A stretch of DNA of 63,817 bases, filler included, from Choristocarpus tenellus KU-1152 (Eukaryota; Protista; Phaeophyceae), in NCBI GenBank assembly GCA_964200185.2. It is 7 parts of 7 records of this genome, joined end to end, with 100 filler letters (N's around TTAATTAATTAA, not from the genome) between each part and the next. Parts side by side here need not be neighbours in the genome. Positions count along the whole stretch, not along the records: positions 52,947 to 61,198 come from CAXNAD020004934.1; positions 61,299 to 63,817 come from CAXNAD020027131.1; 5 more parts are not named here. One strand, 5' to 3'. A program made the position numbers and the translations under genes. Position 1 is the stretch's first letter; the number at the start of each line of letters is the position of its first letter. The notes beneath the pieces are model-generated. The model was not told the DNA's origin. It worked only from the letters and a program-made list of their open reading frames with translations, and ran no database searches. Of the stretch, positions 60,301-63,817 are shown one piece after another.

Positions 60301-60676
60301 CTGTCACTGCAAATATGTGGCTGTCTGTACATACTTGTGTGCTTGTGTGTTTATGTATGTGTCTTTTTCTCCGTCTAATATGCATATGTGTATTGGTATT
60401 TGTGCATGTGAAATGTGTATCCTATGAAAATATATATGGAACGTCTGCTTGTGTGTTGAAACAAAGGTGGGCATGGTGACCACCTTTGGAAATGGATTCT
60501 GGAATGTTCGATATGTTGGTGACCCTGGCAGGAGGATTGTTTGTAGGGGGTTGCGACCTCTGTTCCACCCTGAGTGTACTGTGCTGTGGAAAGGCCTGTA
60601 CAATGTAGAGACCTGCCCACAGCCTGATAGGGAAAAGTTCCTGAGGGATGTTTCCGATGCCTTCAAATCTTTTTGA
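57372..60676 (+). CDS. Flavodoxin-2 family NAD(P)H dehydrogenase (quinone), MdaB/KefF/NQO-like, 4 exons, ~238 aa
   Basis: Exons 57372-57564, 58267-58469, 59377-59487, 60467-60676 (phases 1, 0, 0). Motifs [70 protein letters not shown]. Confidence 0.92.
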
Positions 60677-61143
60677 ACTTTCTCTCTAGAAGTTTGATAT
60701 TAGTGTTCATTTTTCTTATTTGTATGTCAGAGTTGACTGGAATATACGTATCATGTATATTGTACCCTGTATTGTATCATGTATTGTATCATATTTCACG
60801 CACGAAAAAACCCAACATATGAACATTGCAGTTATGACTTCATGTGTACTTTGAGTCCATGCTAGCCAGAGTTTTTTTGTGGTTTCCAGGAAAGGTTCAT
60901 TTTGACAGGAATATCTACTTCGAAATATGATTTTCTTTCAAGTTTCAACCAAAATAGTGGTACGGTAGTAGTTCTATCTGTACCTTGCTTTTTGTAACAT
61001 TCTAAATGCGCACAGTCTGGGACGAGAGGGATGAGGTAGAGGTTATGTGCCTTTGTTTGCTTCGACATATTCCTGGGTTGATCCAGATTCAGGCAGTGCA
61101 TTTGCACACCACATATTTTCTTTAAGGTTATGACTGTAGTACT

Positions 61144-61198
61144 GAGTGAAACTATCTTAGAGGGTACGAATTTTTCCCTGTTTGTCCATTTGTGGGGC
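61144..61198 (-). mobile_element. MITE family A end at contig end
   Basis: GAGTGAAACTATCTTAGAGGGTACGAATTTTTCCCTGTTTGTCCATTTG. Confidence 0.88.
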
Positions 61199-61298
61199 NN
61201 NNNNNNNNNNNNNNNNNNNNNNNNNNNNNNNNNNNNNNNNNNTTAATTAATTAANNNNNNNNNNNNNNNNNNNNNNNNNNNNNNNNNNNNNNNNNNNN
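61199..61298. other. Artificial contig linker
   Basis: Same 100-nt N/TTAATTAATTAA/N block. Confidence 0.97.
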
Positions 61299-61315
61299 AC
61301 CAGATATTCTAGGTC

Positions 61316-62310
61316 TCTAATCAAGATATTTCAGGTGTGAGGTGGCCAGAAGGACTCCAGCAGCTATACCTAGGAGATTATATTCATCAAGACATCTCAG
61401 TGGTGAGGTGCCTGGAAGGACTCCAGCATCTATACTTCATTTAGATTATTTTAATCAAGACATCTCAGGGTTGAGGTAGCCAGAAGGACTCCAGCAACTA
61501 TACTTAGGACTTTCTCTTAATCAAGACATCTCAGGGGTGAGGTGGCCAACGGGCCTCCTTTCGTTGGCATTTGGAGGTCTATTTAACCAAGATATCTCAG
61601 GAGTAAGGTGGCCGGAAGGACTCCAGTTGCTATACTTTGGAGATTCTATTAATCATGACAACTCAGGGGTGAGGTAGATGCGAGTACTAGAGCAGCTAGG
61701 CCTAGGACGTGAGTTTAATCCAGACATCTAAGGGGTGAGGTTTCCAACAAGAAATTTCGACTTAGGATGTGAGTTTACAGGAGACATTTCAGGGATGGAG
61801 TGGACAACAGGACTTTGTATAGCAAAGATATTTTAGTACAGATATATTAAGGGTGGAGTGACCAACAGGACTCTGTAACTTGAAATTTGGATTTGGCTTT
61901 ATTCAAGACATCACGGGGGTGAGGTTGCCAACACGACTCTGTGATTTGACATTTGGAGTTACGTTTTAATGAAGATGTTTCAGGTATGTGGAGTGGCCAA
62001 TAGGACTCCTTTAGTTGACATTAGGAGATTGTTCGATCCAGATATCTCAGGGGCGAAGAGGATAGCAGGACTCTAGCAGCTACCCTTTGAAGATCCTTTT
62101 GATCAAGACATTTCAGGGATGAGGCGGTTGACAGGTCTCCGTCAGTTTACATTTGGATTGAACTTTAAGCGGAATATTTCACTGATGGAGTGGGCAACAG
62201 GGCTTGAGGGGGTAGGATTGGGGGAAATATTTGGATCAAAACATGCTAGGGTTAAGGTGGCTAACAAGCCTTTATAAGCTGACATTCGAAATTTAATCTA
62301 CCCAGGAGGT
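61316..62310 (+). pseudogene. FNIP-repeat (22-aa LRR-like) pseudogene; ~15 x 66-bp tandem units
   Basis: Units translate to FNQDISGVRWPEGLQQLYLGDY (FNIP-type FNQ.I....P.SL..L.FG); several TGG>TAG stops and indels. Confidence 0.88.
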
Positions 62311-63790
62311 GGATGACGCGTTGTTGCTGTCTGGTTTCAGGGTGACGTTTGGATAATTTCGTCACACATACTATTCAGGATGTCACAGTTGGCTGGGAAA
62401 GGGATTTTACTGGACGTTACGCTGGTCATGTACTGAAAAGTGACTATGTTGAGACGTACAAACAGGCTGGTTCAATTCAATCAAATGACAGTACCCCCTA
62501 GGCAACTAATTGGCTTCTATCCTTCAAACGACTTTCAATCACAGCTCCTGTGATGTTCTTTTTTCACTAAACGATGCCTCAAAAATCCAACATCATGGTC
62601 AATACACCTACACTATATTTCTTGTTCTACTTGTGGTTTCCAAATACCCCTCATAAAAGGACTACGCAAACTTTCCCACCTTTGGGATGAGAGGGAATAT
62701 GGTTCATGTATGCTGTGGGCGATGACAGTAGGAGTGTGACTGTTGTATACAGGCAGTGTGCATCCCATGTTGTTTTACTCACCTGTGTGACCACTGTGGA
62801 ACAACATGTTTTACTGGGAGTGGTATGAAGACCATATATGTTGCAGGTGCATTATGATCTTCTATGATGAAAAATTTAGTTCCTTGCTTCCTAACAGTTG
62901 CCTGTCACTGCACCTCGAATAGATGGTGCTACTTGTGAACACGAGGAATCAGTTTCCATCTCCATGTATGAGGAACTCCAATACGTATACTGACCCTCTT
63001 CAGGGTACGCAGTAGTCCAACTTCACCAACATGATATTGCGACCAACACATAAATAATATCACAACAACCTGAATCAATGTTCTCCAACTCACAGTTGGT
63101 GTATGTTACCCAAGACGTTCTGTGAGCACTTTGTTCATCTTCCTCTTGCCCATTGATCGATTGATGTCTGTGATGCCTCTTCTATTTACACCATATCTTT
63201 GCATGTCATGGCATCCAGCTTGAGTGTTCATTGATCATAAGGGCTACAATTATCCCAGGCAGGTTGAGCACTCACAGTGGAAAAAACTATTAACCAAGCA
63301 ATTTAGCTTTGATGTGATGACCTACTTAGTAAGTACAGCTGTATATATATTAGAGACTGTGTGAGCAATACTGCCAAAGAATATCTACTCCAAACTCAGC
63401 AATATGGTTCGTTGACTCCTGTAGCTGGTGGTGGCTGAAGTGGTGGCTTGACCCTGTCCTCGCTTCCACATTTCGAGTGAGGTAGTGCGTTAAAGGCAAG
63501 GAATTCTGATATTTAAATCTACATATGTAGTCTAACGTGGGTGGACAACCTGTTGATACCCGAACCCTTAGGTATCTTGATTGATTCGGACGTCGAAGCT
63601 CTCCTTATTGATTCAGTGTAGAAGGAGCAGTCTAACAATCTCCATCATCTGTGTCATTACCCTCTGCACAGATAAAATAGTCCTGTATAGGGTAACGCTT
63701 GAGTTCAAGTCCATGCCTCTCGTCATTGCCCGGCTCAGTTGTGCATGATTGGGGAAAAATGACAAATGATTGATCTCTTATTTTGCTAGG

Positions 63791-63817
63791 GGGTCAAACT
63801 ATCTGGGGGGGGAGGTG
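63791..63817 (+). mobile_element. MITE family B terminus at window end
   Basis: GGGTCAAACTATCTGGGGGGGG. Confidence 0.55.

Noticed and set aside
61316-62310. CRISPR array or non-coding satellite
   Set aside because: The 66-bp period equals 22 codons and translates to FNIP repeats; the variable parts are homologous to each other.
1-63817. Prokaryotic operon, defence island or cross-contig gene cluster
   Set aside because: Genes have spliceosomal introns and the window is seven artificially concatenated contigs.

Overview
Eukaryotic, intron-rich, repeat-rich DNA. The gene and transposon content (RTE- and CRE-type LINEs, 'VRWPEGLQQL'-type FNIP repeats, a Tom70-like TPR gene, interstitial TTAGGG) points to a stramenopile, probably a brown alga (inference). 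The window is seven contigs joined by artificial 100-nt N-TTAATTAATTAA-N linkers, so adjacency across linkers means nothing. Spliced genes reconstructed by hand with phase-consistent GT-AG junctions: a cytochrome b5-domain protein (35560-39021 +), the 3' part of a Tom70-like TPR protein (47837-52662 -), a cpn10/GroES-like chaperonin lacking its 5' end (53167-54796 +), APC11 (56023-57085 -), a flavodoxin-2/NAD(P)H:quinone oxidoreductase (57372-60676 +), the last three exons of an uncharacterised, possibly VPS13-like protein (18698-21132 -), and a coiled-coil plus SP-repeat protein (7855-10568 -) in a partly decayed locus. Also present: tRNA-Val(CAC), two decayed tRNA-Ala copies, a ~259-bp MITE family with GAG termini and 4-bp TSDs (Sola2-like) plus a sister family, RTE, CRE and Copia remnants, and an FNIP-repeat pseudogene. 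Top finding: APC11 gives its canonical N-terminus only if a single-nucleotide exon (G, position 56928, context CAG|G|GTAGG) is spliced into codon 7, recalling the 1-nt exon reported in plant APC11.
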